Shown piece by piece: positions 56,053-64,000 of a DNA stretch of 64,000 bases. The notes under the pieces were generated by a model, which did no database searches, was not told the origin of the DNA, and was given only the letters and a program-made list of their open reading frames with translations. A program made the position numbers and the translations under genes. How positions within the stretch are numbered: the stretch's first letter is position 1; every line of letters starts with the position of its first letter. Source of the stretch: Clostridia bacterium (GTDB lineage Bacteria; Bacillota; Clostridia; Christensenellales; Aristaeellaceae); contig JAZSRC010000016.1 of assembly GCA_045538305.1 (NCBI GenBank), forward strand, positions 88,280 to 152,279, read 5' to 3'.

Positions 56053-57858
56053 TTACTTGTACATCGGGCCGTAGGCGGCGCAGGCACGGTAGTCGGCGCC
56101 TTCCTTATCCATGCCGAACGCATTCCAGCAAGCCGGACGGAAGATATCGTCCTCGGATACGTTGTGCATGCATACGGGGATGCGGAGCATGGAGCACAGG
56201 GTGATCAGGTCTGCGCCGATGTGGCCGTAGCTGATCGCGCCATGGTTGGCGCCCCAGTTATTCATTACGCTGTAAGCATCCTTGAACGGGCTGCCTTCCT
56301 TGCCATCGCAGCGCGGTGCAAACCAGGTGCAGGGCCAGGTGGGATTGGTTCTCTCCATAAGCGTATCGGAGACCTCGTCCGGCAGGTTGACCGTCCAGCC
56401 CTCGGCGATCTGCAGAACCGGGCCAAGATTCTTGACAAGGTTCAGACGAATCATGGTTACGGGCATTTCGGCACGGGTGGTGAAGTGGCTGGAGAATCCA
56501 CCGCCGCGGAAGTTGTCGAAGCCCGCTTCGCACCATACGGTTGCATCGGTCATCTTTTTGATATCTTCCTCGGTTACTTCCCACCACTTCTTCATGATGG
56601 CGTTGCCGTTCTCGTCGGTGCACTCGCCGCAGGCGTCGAGGCAGGCTGCGCCGGAGTTAAGCAGGTGGATGATGCCGCCGTTGGCTTTGGCTTTGCCTTC
56701 CAGATCATAGCCGGTTACGCGCTTGGTGGCTTCGGGGCTCCAGTAGGTGCGTACGTCGGCGAAGATCTGTGCGCGGTGGGTAAGCAGGCGCATGAACAGC
56801 ATGCCAAGGCCGTTCAGAACGTCGTTCTCGGTGGCCAGCGTATAGGGTTCGCGCGCGCCCTGATAGTCGAAGGTGGAGGAGAGCAGCGCCTCGGGATAGT
56901 CGCAGTTCGGCCAGTGGTCGGTCCACTGTCTCTGACCCTGGAAGCCGCCGGCGATGGCGTTGTGGCCCAGCATTTCCTCTTCAAAGCCCTCGGGCAGGTT
57001 CTCGTTGCCGGCCATGAGGTCCTTGATGATCAGGTACATCTTTACGGTGAACTCCCACTGCTTTTCCTTCTGCTCGTCGGAGAAGCGTGCGAAGCCGGGG
57101 TTATCGTCGCGGCCCATTTTGCAGTGCTCTTTGGTCCACTTAAGCGCCTTCTGATATTCCTCTTCGTTGTAGATGCCCTCTTCCATACGGCGGAGGATTT
57201 CTACCTCGTCAACGGACTCAACGCGCATGCCGAGATAGGACTCCATGAAGTCCTGATCGATGATGGAGCCGCCGATGCCCATGCATTGAGAACCAATCTG
57301 CAGATAGCTCTTGCCCCTCATGGTAGCTGCTGCCACTGCGGCGCGGCCGAATCGGAGAAGCTTTTCTTTTACATCTTCCGGAATTTCGGAAACCTGATCT
57401 CTGTCCTGAACCTCATGGCCGTAGATGCCGAAGGCAGGCAGGCCCTTCTGGGCGTGAGATGCGAGAACGGCAGCCAGATATACGGCGCCGGGACGCTCGG
57501 TTCCGTTAAAGCCCCATACGCCCTTGATGGTGGTAGGATCCATATCCATCGTTTCGGAGCCGTAGCACCAGCAGGGCGTTACGGACAGGGTAATGTCTAC
57601 GCCCTCTTTCTTGAATTTATCGGCGCAGGCAGCGGCTTCCGGTACGCGGCCAATGCTTCTGTCGGCGATGACAACCTTTACAGGCTCGCCGTTGGAATAG
57701 TACAGGTTTTCTTCAAACAGCTTCTTAGCAGCCAGAGCCAGCTCCATTACCTGACCTTCCAGGCTTTCACGAAGCTTCATAGGGCCTCTGCGGCCATCGA
57801 TAATCGGACGAATACCGATTACGGGATAGTCACCGGTGAGTCTTCCTTTCGTTGCCAT
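56053..57858 (-). CDS. fucI: L-fucose isomerase
   Basis: Near-collinear similarity to FucI throughout ([11 protein letters not shown] ... [10 protein letters not shown] ... [15 protein letters not shown] ... VCMHNV); 601 aa. Own RBS GGAGGG. Confidence 0.9.
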   Translation of the reverse strand: MATKGRLTGDYPVIGIRPIIDGRRGPMKLRESLEGQVMELALAAKKLFEENLYYSNGEPVKVVIADRSIGRVPEAAACADKFKKEGVDITLSVTPCWCYGSETMDMDPTTIKGVWGFNGTERPGAVYLAAVLASHAQKGLPAFGIYGHEVQDRDQVSEIPEDVKEKLLRFGRAAVAAATMRGKSYLQIGSQCMGIGGSIIDQDFMESYLGMRVESVDEVEILRRMEEGIYNEEEYQKALKWTKEHCKMGRDDNPGFARFSDEQKEKQWEFTVKMYLIIKDLMAGNENLPEGFEEEMLGHNAIAGGFQGQRQWTDHWPNCDYPEALLSSTFDYQGAREPYTLATENDVLNGLGMLFMRLLTHRAQIFADVRTYWSPEATKRVTGYDLEGKAKANGGIIHLLNSGAACLDACGECTDENGNAIMKKWWEVTEEDIKKMTDATVWCEAGFDNFRGGGFSSHFTTRAEMPVTMIRLNLVKNLGPVLQIAEGWTVNLPDEVSDTLMERTNPTWPCTWFAPRCDGKEGSPFKDAYSVMNNWGANHGAISYGHIGADLITLCSMLRIPVCMHNVSEDDIFRPACWNAFGMDKEGADYRACAAYGPMYK

Positions 57859-57908
57859 GAATCTTTTCCCTCCAAAATTAGCATTGATTGAATTATTCGG
57901 GTAATTCC

Positions 57909-57937
57909 ATTATACAATATCGAAATGATTTTTTCAA
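57909..57937 (-). promoter_or_regulatory. sigma-A promoter for fucI (TTGAAA, 17 nt spacer, TGtTATAAT)
   Basis: On the minus strand: TTGAAA (plus 57932-57937), 17 nt spacer, TATAAT (plus 57909-57914). Confidence 0.45.
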
Positions 57938-60900
57938 TCACCTTCGGACAGCTTTTCGTACACCTCGTCAAAAGTCATTTTCCCGACGCGCCGTACCTTT
58001 CCGCCCGGAATCCGTTTATCCAGCATACATGCGCCCCGATACTCACAGTATCTGCATGCATCCGTCTTATCGCTTTTAACAGGTTCAATTTTCGTAATGC
58101 CGTCCTGAATCTCGCGAACAAAATTTGCTGCGCGATCCAGCGCGCGGTTCATAAGCATTTCAAACTGAATATCCGTGGCTTTGTTGGTGCGCGAATCAAT
58201 GTCTCCCGTGCGAAGGAACCTCATTTTAAACACGCGCTCGGGTTCATCCGCCATTTTTTTGATTAATTCGGCGTCATCCAGCAATATGCCCTCCATGCGC
58301 ATAGCGTCGCTTCTTTCCCGTTCGATTTTCTCAGGATCGTAGCTTTCCGTCGAAATGACAGGATCCTCCACCCGGAAGTAGAATGCGCCGGCACTCTTTG
58401 CGCCGTATTTTCGAATGGCCGCGGCGAGATACAGAATCAGCTGCAATTGAAGTCCATGATACATTTCCGCCGCATCCAGCTTCTGCCTGCCGCGCTTATA
58501 ATCGATAATCCGCAAAAAGCGCTCTTCGCCGTCATCCATCATATCAATTCTGTCAATTCTTCCGGCAAGGCGCGTATTTGCGCCTGTATACAGCTTTAAC
58601 GACGCGCCGTCGTCCCCGAATTCCATTTCAAGCTCTATGGGCTTGAATTCGCCCGTGCGCAGCTGCTCTGTCAGCATTCTTGCCGCGCGGGATGCCGTTC
58701 TTCTGAGTTTTTTGGCAACCGCGCGTTCTACGCCGGTATCATCCATAACATCCCGCATCGCGCCAGAAAGAAGCTCGTCCGAAATGCGATTCATTCGGCG
58801 CGCGGCCTCCTCCTGCGAAAGCGAAGCAAGGCCGTCCCGGTTTTCGATCAGGAAGGTTCGAACCGCTTCATGGAAGAATCCGCCTTCATCGCGCGCATTC
58901 AGACCAAAAGCCTCTTCCGTTTCCGGTCGGAGCGCGTATTTGACGAAATGCGCAAACGGACAGCGGGCATACGCCTCCAGACGGGTTATGGAAACCTTTG
59001 AAAGCGGTCCATACACCCTTTGAGCCAGCGGCTTTCCTATGGTTTCGCTCTCCGTTTTAAAGCCCAGCGCTCGTTTGATTCTGTTTAACCCTTCGCCGCC
59101 CATTTTTCCGATCGATGAAAGCGCTCTTCTGCCGCTTCGGGACAAATCTCCTTCGCTCAGCTCCACGCACGCGCTTTCCTCCGCTGCCTTTACGGATTCG
59201 TAGCGCATGGCCTCAATCGATTCGTCGGCGTTCACGCCGCCGCGCTCGGACAGCGTGGGGAAAATGCGTTTGATTTCAGTAATCAGCGCGTTCGGTGCAA
59301 TGCTGGAACCGTCGTCGGCGCTCATGGAATAGGTAATGCAGGTATACGCCTCGGAAAGCGCGAGCGCGTTTTTCATGTACATGCGGTCCGTGCGCGTTTT
59401 GGAAAGCGCATCCGGGCCCAGAAATACATTCAGCGCCTTTGCCATATCGCCAGTTTCCGTATCGGAGAAAAGGCCGTCCTCCTTTGCGCTGGACGATCCT
59501 GCATTTCCAATCACAATCATCGCCTTTATCGGCGCCGCACCGATTCTCGCGCAGGTTGTAGCCGTAACGGCGTCCGCCGACTGTGGAAGCGGCTTGATTT
59601 CGGAAGCGGAAAACGCGCGGGCAATCAAATCCGTAAACAGCGCTTTGGAAAGCTTTTTCTCTCCCATCAGCTCGTGCATCTGGTCAAAGGTACCCATTAC
59701 GCGGTTCCACACCTGTGCGTCCTCCGCCGCAAGCGCGCGCTGATTGAGGGTAATCAGCGATTCTCTGGCAAGCTCGCCCTTTCTTGCGCAATTCAGTTCC
59801 GATATGTACAGATATACCGCCGCAAGCTGCTCGCTCAAAGTATCGGCGCGGGACAACGCCTGATCCAGTCTGGCAATCGGGTCGGCGAGACGTTTTCGTA
59901 TGTTTTCGATTTTTTCAACCGTGTCGGGATCTGCGCGTTTCACAGGCTTCAGAACGGACCTTGCATTCAACCCATATCTGGCTGCATAGGACAACAGCTG
60001 ATCCGCTTCATCCTCGTCAATATCGGCATAGCCTGTCGTTACAAGCGACGCAAGATCGCCCTGCGAGCCGGAAGCAATCCTGAGCGATTCCAACAGGAAT
60101 CTGGGCAGCGGATGCCGGTCTGTCGCCCGGCTTTCCGCGGCAAACAGCGGAACCTCATACGCGTCAAATGCATATTCCAGCGAATCCATATAGGCGCTCA
60201 GCTGATTGCACACGACAATGATGTCCGAATAGCGCCAGCCATTTTTGCGAACCAGACGCCTGGCCAGCGCAGCGGCAAACCGCGCTTCCTCCAGAGGGTT
60301 ATTGAGTTTAACCACCTGAAACGAAGTATTCTTGCCTTCAAACGGTACTGCCGGGGATGAAAACACCTCTCTGGCAAAATGTGCGCAGGCCGATTTTGAT
60401 AAAGCCTCGTCCGTCAGATATTCGCGTTCAAAGGAAATTCCGTTTTCCCTGAGCTCCTTCAAAAGGCGTTCGTACGATGCCTGAAGCGGTTGAAACAGCG
60501 TGAAATCGCGCGCATTGCCATCGTTTTCAAGCGGCAAAAACACGCACGTTTCTATCGACACCCTGGAAAGGGACATCAGAAATTTATTCAGAATCGGCGT
60601 GGTAAGATCAAAGCCGAAGGCAAACAAATGCGCATTCCGAATGGTTTCGCTGCCGCCAAGCCTCACAATCGCCTCGTTGATTTCATCCTCGCCATCCTGA
60701 AACTGATCCGAAATTGCCTTTTCATATGCCTGATACAGTATGGAAACATCGTGAAGCTTCCATTTTTTCTGGCTGTCCGCGGCATTATCGGACAGCTCCA
60801 TCAGCTTTTCAGCCAGCACGCCCGCCTGCTTTAAAAGCGTAATCTCCTCTACCAGCCGCATTTCAAAGCCGCGCCTGTCCTTCGCGCCCTGATACCATTT

Positions 60901-61215
60901 GAGCTTTTTGTTCTGCTCTCTGAGTATGCGCCCCATTATCATGGCGCGTCCGCGTTCGTCTATTGTAATGCGCTCGGGCCTTCCCGCCTCGTCAAACACC
61001 AGCTGACACACGCGCGCCGGCGACAGTACCGACAAACGAAACGACCCTTCAAGGTTCAGACCATGAAGGGTAAGCAACTCCGTCTCCAGCGTATACTGCT
61101 GGGGAACCATAATTATAACTGCGCCGTCGCTCGATGCAGCCAGCGCTGATTGTACCTTTTCAAGGAGCTTTGGACGCAAAAGCGGTCTGCGCCCCGTGTA
61201 GAATTTCACACCCAC
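57934..61215 (-). CDS. addB: helicase-nuclease AddB/RexB-type (PD-(D/E)XK nuclease with Fe-S Cys cluster)
   Basis: Length 1093 aa, UvrD-like inactive helicase fold, C-terminal nuclease with Cys cluster (ARCPFAHF ... CRYCEYRGAC). The N-terminal Walker A is degenerate (YTGRRPLLRP). Confidence 0.8.
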   Translation of the reverse strand: MGVKFYTGRRPLLRPKLLEKVQSALAASSDGAVIIMVPQQYTLETELLTLHGLNLEGSFRLSVLSPARVCQLVFDEAGRPERITIDERGRAMIMGRILREQNKKLKWYQGAKDRRGFEMRLVEEITLLKQAGVLAEKLMELSDNAADSQKKWKLHDVSILYQAYEKAISDQFQDGEDEINEAIVRLGGSETIRNAHLFAFGFDLTTPILNKFLMSLSRVSIETCVFLPLENDGNARDFTLFQPLQASYERLLKELRENGISFEREYLTDEALSKSACAHFAREVFSSPAVPFEGKNTSFQVVKLNNPLEEARFAAALARRLVRKNGWRYSDIIVVCNQLSAYMDSLEYAFDAYEVPLFAAESRATDRHPLPRFLLESLRIASGSQGDLASLVTTGYADIDEDEADQLLSYAARYGLNARSVLKPVKRADPDTVEKIENIRKRLADPIARLDQALSRADTLSEQLAAVYLYISELNCARKGELARESLITLNQRALAAEDAQVWNRVMGTFDQMHELMGEKKLSKALFTDLIARAFSASEIKPLPQSADAVTATTCARIGAAPIKAMIVIGNAGSSSAKEDGLFSDTETGDMAKALNVFLGPDALSKTRTDRMYMKNALALSEAYTCITYSMSADDGSSIAPNALITEIKRIFPTLSERGGVNADESIEAMRYESVKAAEESACVELSEGDLSRSGRRALSSIGKMGGEGLNRIKRALGFKTESETIGKPLAQRVYGPLSKVSITRLEAYARCPFAHFVKYALRPETEEAFGLNARDEGGFFHEAVRTFLIENRDGLASLSQEEAARRMNRISDELLSGAMRDVMDDTGVERAVAKKLRRTASRAARMLTEQLRTGEFKPIELEMEFGDDGASLKLYTGANTRLAGRIDRIDMMDDGEERFLRIIDYKRGRQKLDAAEMYHGLQLQLILYLAAAIRKYGAKSAGAFYFRVEDPVISTESYDPEKIERERSDAMRMEGILLDDAELIKKMADEPERVFKMRFLRTGDIDSRTNKATDIQFEMLMNRALDRAANFVREIQDGITKIEPVKSDKTDACRYCEYRGACMLDKRIPGGKVRRVGKMTFDEVYEKLSEGD

Positions 61216-61235
61216 GTCCGCACCTCCATCCTTTG

Positions 61236-62123
61236 TTAACCGCGAAGCAGCATCGCGCGAAACGCAATTTCTCCGTTTTCACGGATTTCACCCATGCCGG
61301 CAAAATCGCCTTCTACATATAGGCGAACAGGCTGATTCGTGTTTTCGATATCCGTTTTCAGCCATGCACGCTGAACAGGATTTCCGCACAGCACCTTTTT
61401 ACGGTATTCCTCGGAAACATCCGCGCGCGGATACGCTGAGAGCAGATGGTCCATCGGCTTAAGCGCCTTTTCAATTGCACCGGGCGCCGCCAGCTCTTCC
61501 GGCGTATACGCATTTTCCACATGAAAAGCGCCCGCGCTTTCCCGGATTAAAAACGACATATGCGCCTGCGCACCCAGATGCTGACCGATATCACGCATAA
61601 GGGAACGGATATAAACGCCCTTCCCGCAGTGAATTCGTATCAGATGCTTGTTAAAACCGGTCTGAGAAATATAGTCCAGGCCGAAAATATGCACGCTTCT
61701 GGCCTCAAGCGCTACGCTTTCGCCCTTTCTGGCCAGCTCGTACAGTTTTTTTCCATCTCGCTTAAGCGCGCTGAACATAGGCGGAACTTGCATAATATCG
61801 CCGGTAAACGCAGGCAGCGCTGCCTTTACTTCGTCCGCATTCGGAATTCTGTCCGAAACGGAAACGGCTTTTCCGGTCGCGTCGCATGTGTCCGTAGCAA
61901 CGCCAAAGCATACTTCGCCAATATAGGTTTTCGTCTTATCGATAATATAATCAAACAGGCGCGTAGCCCGGCCGACGCATACGGGAAGTACGCCCGCAGC
62001 ATCCGGATCCAGCGTACCGCCATGCCCGACCGGCGTTTTTCTGGGCAACAAGCGTCTTACAAACAGAACGCCGTCCGAAGACGTCATTCCCGGGGGCTTC
62101 AGCAGGTTTACAAAGCCGTCCAT
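61236..62123 (-). CDS. truB: tRNA pseudouridine(55) synthase
   Basis: TruB motif GHGGTLDPDAAGVLPV, and an N-terminal PUA-less bacterial form of about 295 aa. Confidence 0.9.
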   Translation of the reverse strand: MDGFVNLLKPPGMTSSDGVLFVRRLLPRKTPVGHGGTLDPDAAGVLPVCVGRATRLFDYIIDKTKTYIGEVCFGVATDTCDATGKAVSVSDRIPNADEVKAALPAFTGDIMQVPPMFSALKRDGKKLYELARKGESVALEARSVHIFGLDYISQTGFNKHLIRIHCGKGVYIRSLMRDIGQHLGAQAHMSFLIRESAGAFHVENAYTPEELAAPGAIEKALKPMDHLLSAYPRADVSEEYRKKVLCGNPVQRAWLKTDIENTNQPVRLYVEGDFAGMGEIRENGEIAFRAMLLRG

Positions 62124-63109
62124 CAGGTCATCTCCTGCACATATTTTCCAGCCGCTTTAACAACCTTCGGAACAATTTCATCAAGCGTCGTATCCCTGAC
62201 CGTCGCTCCGGCCGCCGCCACATGACCGCCGCCGCCGAATTCCGCGGCCAGCGCCGATACGTCCGCGCCGCCCGCCGCACGGAAGGAAAACTTCACATTG
62301 TTTCCATCCTCGGTCTGCTCGCACACAAAGCCGATTTTTACGCCTTCGATTTCATTCAGGTAATTTACGATGCTATGCGTATCGGTATGGTCCGCGCCGG
62401 CTTCCCGAAACATATCGTTTGAAATGGAAATCACGGCAACTTTTCCCGAAAAATACGTTTCAAGCTTCGAAAGCGCAAGCCCGATCAGACGGGTTTTTTG
62501 AAGAGAACGCATTCTATACAGCTTTCGGGTGATATCCTCCACGTCTACGCCCGCTTCCACACATCTGGCCGCATAGTGATATGATCAGCCCGTGGTGTTT
62601 CCAAAGGAGAAATTACCGCAATCGGTGGAAATTGCGGTAAACAGACATAAAGCTGTTTGCGGAGAAAGCTTAACGCCGAGCTCGTCCATCAACTCAAGCG
62701 CCATTTCGCCGCAGGACGCCGAATCGCCGTCAACCCACGAAACAGGCGCAAAACCGGGGTTGGTATGATGGTGATCCACAACCGCCCGATCGCATTCGGG
62801 TACGCTGTCAAAAACCTGCTCCAGCTTTCCCATCCGGCCGCGATCCGCCACATCGCAGGTCAAAACTGCCTTAGGCGCATAGGGCATACCATCCAGATCA
62901 TACAGGCTCTGTACGCCCGGCAGAAACAAATACTTTTTTTCCGCCGGATCCTCACACACGGCAAACGCACGCTTGCCAAGAGCGCCGATAGCATTTACAA
63001 GCGCAAGCGCCGTACCAAGCGCGTCTCCATCCGGGCGGATATGCGTAATCACGGCAATTTCGTCGTGCGTTTCAATCCAACGGGCAATTGCGTTTGCAGA
63101 ACCGATCAT
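62123..63109 (-). pseudogene. nrnA: nanoRNase/pAp phosphatase NrnA (DHH-DHHA1), reading frame interrupted by an in-frame TGA at 62585-62587
   Basis: DHH domain (ITHIRPDGDALG, DHHH) in ORF 62585-63109 and DHHA1 domain (GGGHVAAAGA) in ORF 62123-62560 lie in the same frame, separated by a single TGA plus 8 sense codons. Confidence 0.6.
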
Positions 63110-63474
63110 TCTTCTTCACTCTCCGCGTTCAGGCGCTTTTCATCCTCGCGCAGAACTTCAGCTATGTGCGCGGCGTATTCAATATTGGTATCCAGTTCAA
63201 AAATCAGCTCGGGTGTATAGCGAAGGTCTACCTTCCTGCCCAGCTCGCGCCTGATAAAGCCCGATGCGCTCTTCAGCGCCGCCATCATATCCTTGCGCTT
63301 GTCCGCTTCCAGCACCGATATGCGCACGCGGCAATACCTGAGATCGCGGGTAACCTCTGCGCGCGGTATGGACCATGTGCCGCCTACGCGCGGGTCGCTT
63401 ACTTCGTCGCGGATAATGGCGTCCAGTGCGCGGCGAACCTCTTCCGAAATCCGGTCGATCCGGTCAAATCCCAT
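63106..63474 (-). CDS. rbfA: ribosome-binding factor A
   Basis: RbfA KH-like motif (RVRISVL ... IRRELG) from MGFDRID. RBS AGGAGG lies before the ATG at 63474. Confidence 0.85.
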   Translation of the reverse strand: MGFDRIDRISEEVRRALDAIIRDEVSDPRVGGTWSIPRAEVTRDLRYCRVRISVLEADKRKDMMAALKSASGFIRRELGRKVDLRYTPELIFELDTNIEYAAHIAEVLREDEKRLNAESEEE

Positions 63475-63541
63475 GAATATATCCTCCTGTTTTGAAAACG
63501 CGGCCGGCGGCAATATATCCGCCGACCGCGCGATAAAGTTT

Positions 63542-64000
63542 TTATCGTTCAATTTCTTCCATGATGAAGCATTCGATCTCGTCGTTTTCCTTTACATCGT
63601 TGTAGCCCTCGATGCCAAGGCCGCACTCATAACCGGATGCCACTTCCTTCACGTCATCCTTGAAGCGCTTCAGGGAGTCGATCTTGCCTTCGTGCACAAT
63701 TACATTGTCGCGCAGCAGGCGAATCTGAGCGTTGCGCTGAATCTTTCCGTCAGTTACATAGCAGCCGGCAACGGTGCCTACGCCGGAAACCTTGAAGGTC
63801 TGGCGTACGCGGCAGCGGCCCAGTACGTTCTCCTTGAACTTCGGCGCGAGCATACCCTTCATAGCAGCCTGAATATCTTCGATGGCGCTGTAGATTACGC
63901 GGTACAGGCGGATATCCACCTTTTCGCGCTCGGCAACGTCGCGCACGGAATTGTCGTGGCGCACATTGAAGCCGATGATGATTGCATTGGATGCGGAGGC
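63542..64000 (-). CDS. infB: translation initiation factor IF-2, C-terminal part (gene continues beyond the window end)
   Basis: IF-2 C2 domain signature ([13 protein letters not shown] ... ECGLGIEGY). Confidence 0.9.
   Translation of the reverse strand, partial: ASASNAIIIGFNVRHDNSVRDVAEREKVDIRLYRVIYSAIEDIQAAMKGMLAPKFKENVLGRCRVRQTFKVSGVGTVAGCYVTDGKIQRNAQIRLLRDNVIVHEGKIDSLKRFKDDVKEVASGYECGLGIEGYNDVKENDEIECFIMEEIER

Noticed and set aside
62585-62587. Possibility that the in-frame TGA in nrnA encodes selenocysteine or tryptophan
   Set aside because: No SECIS-like hairpin follows, the position is a linker rather than an active site, and other genes in the window terminate with TGA. Sequencing error or a nonsense mutation is more parsimonious.
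1-64000. Search for CRISPR arrays, tandem direct repeats, integrase or transposase genes, and tRNA or rRNA genes
   Set aside because: I saw no regularly spaced direct repeats, no recombinase-like ORFs and no cloverleaf-like tRNA sequences. Intergenic spacers are short and occupied by promoters, terminators or riboswitches.

Overview
High-GC (~58%) Firmicutes/Clostridia-type chromosomal segment, probably Oscillospiraceae-like, and almost entirely core housekeeping. Genes recognised, in order: engB-lon, holA-comEC, a peptidase cluster (M20D, M42, PepF), DUF1015-serA-serC, trmB, scpB, ileS behind a T-box leader, a lactate-type electron-bifurcating Etf/FAD-dehydrogenase trio (lctBCD-like), flotillin, two PBP5-type DD-carboxypeptidases next to an OmpR-type two-component system and a lipoprotein, dapA-dapB-dapH behind a lysine riboswitch, polC, ispG, rseP, dxr, uppS, frr, fucI, addB, truB, nrnA, rbfA and the 3' end of infB. 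No mobile elements, CRISPR arrays, rRNA or tRNA genes were seen. I found no clear multi-gene novel system (defence, toxin or biosynthetic). The strongest candidates for new biology are local oddities: (1) scpB without scpA, translationally coupled to an uncharacterised Cys-rich protein, in an operon that also carries a GH42 beta-galactosidase; (2) an asparagine-synthetase-like protein that has lost both the Cys1 nucleophile and the PP-loop; (3) a SUKH/SMI1-KNR4 immunity-type gene appended to ileS; (4) nrnA interrupted by an in-frame TGA; (5) addB without addA, plus an orphan fucI, apparently inserted into the conserved truB ... frr-uppS neighbourhood; (6) a hairpin-dense intergenic array of GATTTC inverted repeats; (7) a small PASTA-like ORF between frr and uppS. 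All functional calls come from reading motifs and families in the translations. No database search was run.
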